Below are positions 48,261 through 50,534 of a DNA stretch of 50,534 nt, piece after piece (position 1 is the first letter of the stretch; the number at the start of each line of letters is the position of its first letter). The notes under the pieces are model-generated. The model was not told the DNA's origin. It ran no database searches and saw nothing but the letters and a program-made list of their open reading frames with translations. Source of the DNA: Atractiella rhizophila (taxonomy: Eukaryota); contig MU271267.1 in NCBI GenBank assembly GCA_021432655.1, forward strand, positions 62,001 through 112,534, in the 5' to 3' direction. The translations under genes were made by a program, and so were the position numbers.

Positions 48261-49879
48261 ATGACGGAGCAGGAAACATCTAGCGCACGCCACCGCTCTA
48301 AAGCTTCAAGCTCGACGGCACTTGTCCATGTCATCACCCCAGGATACAGGTCGTCGATTCACGTGTCCATTCTTCCCTCTTTCTATCCCGCCTACCTCTG
48401 TCAATTCACATGCTCCGGATTTCGTTTATCTTACCACGTCCATTCAAACGGAATTGGGAGCCTGGACAGATGTCCTCAAAATTGTCTTATTTATCACTGG
48501 AACGGGTCGCGAATGCGGTCAACGAGAATGGTGTAATCAATCTTGGCTTATCATCAACAGAGAAAATATCTCAGTAACCTTTTTGGATGTTGAAGGGCAT
48601 GCTGTTGACTCACTTGCTTCATATGGCGAATCATATACCCGCACATCTCCTTTCTTTCACGAAAATGCCGTCTTCACTCCTCTAGCCTCATACTCCCCAA
48701 CGCAAGAGACAGTTCATCCCCATCGGTGACAACGAATCGTCATCACTCCAATCCCTCCACAGAGCGAGCATCATCCAACTCTCTGTCCCACCTCCAGACG
48801 ATACTCCACACTCAATCTCGCGCTTGCCTGTTGAGCTCCTCTCACTAATGTTCAGTTTCCTCGATGGCGCCGAAGCTTCCATTCTCTCTAAGGTGTGCGA
48901 GATCTGGAGGGACGTTTCAGCTCCGCATGAGCGCGAGCCTGAGTCTCTGGCAGAAAAGTATGAGCGGTTGAAACGCTATCCTGGTACCGGACGATTGTGG
49001 GACGGACTGTGGCTGTATGGCAGTTTCAGCGTTGGGATGGTGAAAGAGGTCATCGCAGGCTCGCCGAATGTTACGGAAGTGGTGATGGATGCATTTTGGA
49101 ATGAAGAGGAAGCGAGTATTGTGTTGAATGCAATCGAAGGTTTGGAACGGGTGAATGACGTGACTTTCAGAAAGAGGGGTTCGAGAAAGTGGAGGAAGGA
49201 GAAGATCGAGAACTTTATGCGAAGGATGGGTAACAGGATTAGAGAGTTCAGAGCTTACGACGTGGAAGACTCTGTCCCTTCGGCATCAAAAGGTCTTCAC
49301 TTATCTTCCCACCTAGAACACCTACACCTTCGAAGGTACCCACCTCTTCCATCCCTCTCTCTCCCACGTAGCCTCCTCTACCTGCGTCTCTCTAACCTAT
49401 GTCCTCTCCCTACCTCCATCTCAGACTACCCTCTGCCGCCTCTTCTGGAGTATCTCGAGATTGTGCTCGCCCCATTCTCCATGGATGGAACAACCACCAT
49501 CCTATCCACTCCGCTCGACTTGTCACACCTCTCACAGCTCACCTCCCTGAGCCTCGATGGGGGCGAAGAAACGTCGAACCTCGTCTCCCGACAGTTCTTC
49601 AGTACCCTCAAAAATGCAACCGCGATAAACGAGATAACACTCCTATACTGCGTGGTGGATCCATTCGATTTCCCAGACTTCATCCGCTGGTTCTTTGGAG
49701 ATTGGTGGGTGAGGAGGATGGAGAAGGGGGATCGGTTTGATGGACGGGAGATTGGGTTACATCTTGAGGCTCGTTCCTTCTTCGGAGAGTGGAGCGAGGA
49801 GGAGATCGTGAATGCGAGGAAGATGATGGCGGAGTACAGGAAAAGCAAGGAGTCCGGCGTTTGGGAGCCTGCGGACTAG
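48261..49879 (+). pseudogene. F-box/LRR copy H (frameshifts in the N-terminal domain near 48380, 48540 and 48700; F-box plus LRR part open)
   Basis: Starts MTEQETSSARH; an open 351-codon stretch runs LPVELLSLMFSFLD...GVWEPAD*. Confidence 0.9.
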
Positions 49880-50534
49880 GTGCGGGGGAACGCTCCGAAT
49901 GTGATCCCAAGTACCCAAGTAGGACGCAACTCGGTGGGTAGACTCTCCTGTCAATCTCGAGAGCTCACAATCGAAGGAAATGCCTTCTACACGACTAAAT
50001 TCCCATGGTCGGCCACTTCGATTAAGCGCTCGGACGATGCTGTCACGCTCACCAACTGGTCCATCAAAGTGCTGCCATCGATGGTTATTAATGTTAGACA
50101 ACTAGCCAGTCCAGCATGTGTCTAATACAAAAACTGCCGTGAATCGCAACTGCAACAAAGCTGTATCCTATAGTAGCACTAGGACTGATTGTGACAGAGA
50201 GTGTGAATTGACGAAGGCAAGGTTAGAGGGAAGGCTGGAGTGTGTCATAATTGCAATGAGAGGATGAGTGGAGGAACAAGGGGTGTGGAGATGAGAGGTA
50301 TGGGAGAGAGCCCATGTTGCTTCGGTGCTGCTTCTTTCGGAATGAGGACTACTTAGCGAGGGTGATGAGATGTGACAAGCATTGAGTCGCCCTCTGGTTG
50401 CAGAGTAATGATGTGGAGATGGAACCGGAAAGGTTACGCAGATCGACTGTGTTGTAGGTCCTCTTCACTTTGACTTCTTTCCCGTCTACGGCGCTGATTC
50501 CATACGATGCGATGGAGCAGGATATGTGGCATTG

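Noticed and set aside
13768..49879. Diversity-generating retroelement as the source of LRR hypervariability
   Set aside because: No reverse transcriptase and no template/variable repeat pair. Variation is spread over many strands and is not evidently adenine-restricted.
1..50534. CRISPR array, tRNA/rRNA genes, telomeric repeats
   Set aside because: No regularly spaced short repeats or recognisable structural-RNA or telomere motifs were seen; the DNA is eukaryotic.
8626..50534. Calling the repeat unit a Helitron
   Set aside because: No RepHel ORF and no consistent 5'-TC or 3'-hairpin-CTRR ends could be identified; kept only as a hypothesis.

Overview
Eukaryotic, intron-containing DNA, most likely from a basidiomycete fungus (short 57-80 nt GT-AG introns, fungal-type CACTA and hAT transposases, a basidiomycete-like Hsp104 remnant). 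No housekeeping gene is intact. Bases 1-~6250 hold a decayed CACTA/En-Spm transposase whose last ~364 bp are inverted, plus a divergent spliced gene. From ~6260 to the end, the window is a same-strand tandem array of one intronless ~550-aa gene family: an unknown N-terminal domain, an internal F-box-like motif (LPVELLSLIFSF) and LRR-like repeats. There are about 10 copies or pieces; 1-2 are intact and the rest are frameshifted, truncated, fused or hit by a transposon. Across paralogs the LRR scaffold is conserved while the x positions of LxxLxLxx strands are hypervariable, which suggests a diversifying SCF substrate-receptor repertoire. The genes sit in multi-kb co-amplified units carrying decayed host-gene passengers: the 5' part of Hsp104 with its intron, an unknown spliced gene, IQGAP-type IQ repeats and RS/RD-rich pieces. 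Two non-autonomous hAT elements with 8-bp TSDs are resolved to the base. Family assignments come from motif recognition by eye, no searches were run, and the edges of degenerate blocks are approximate.
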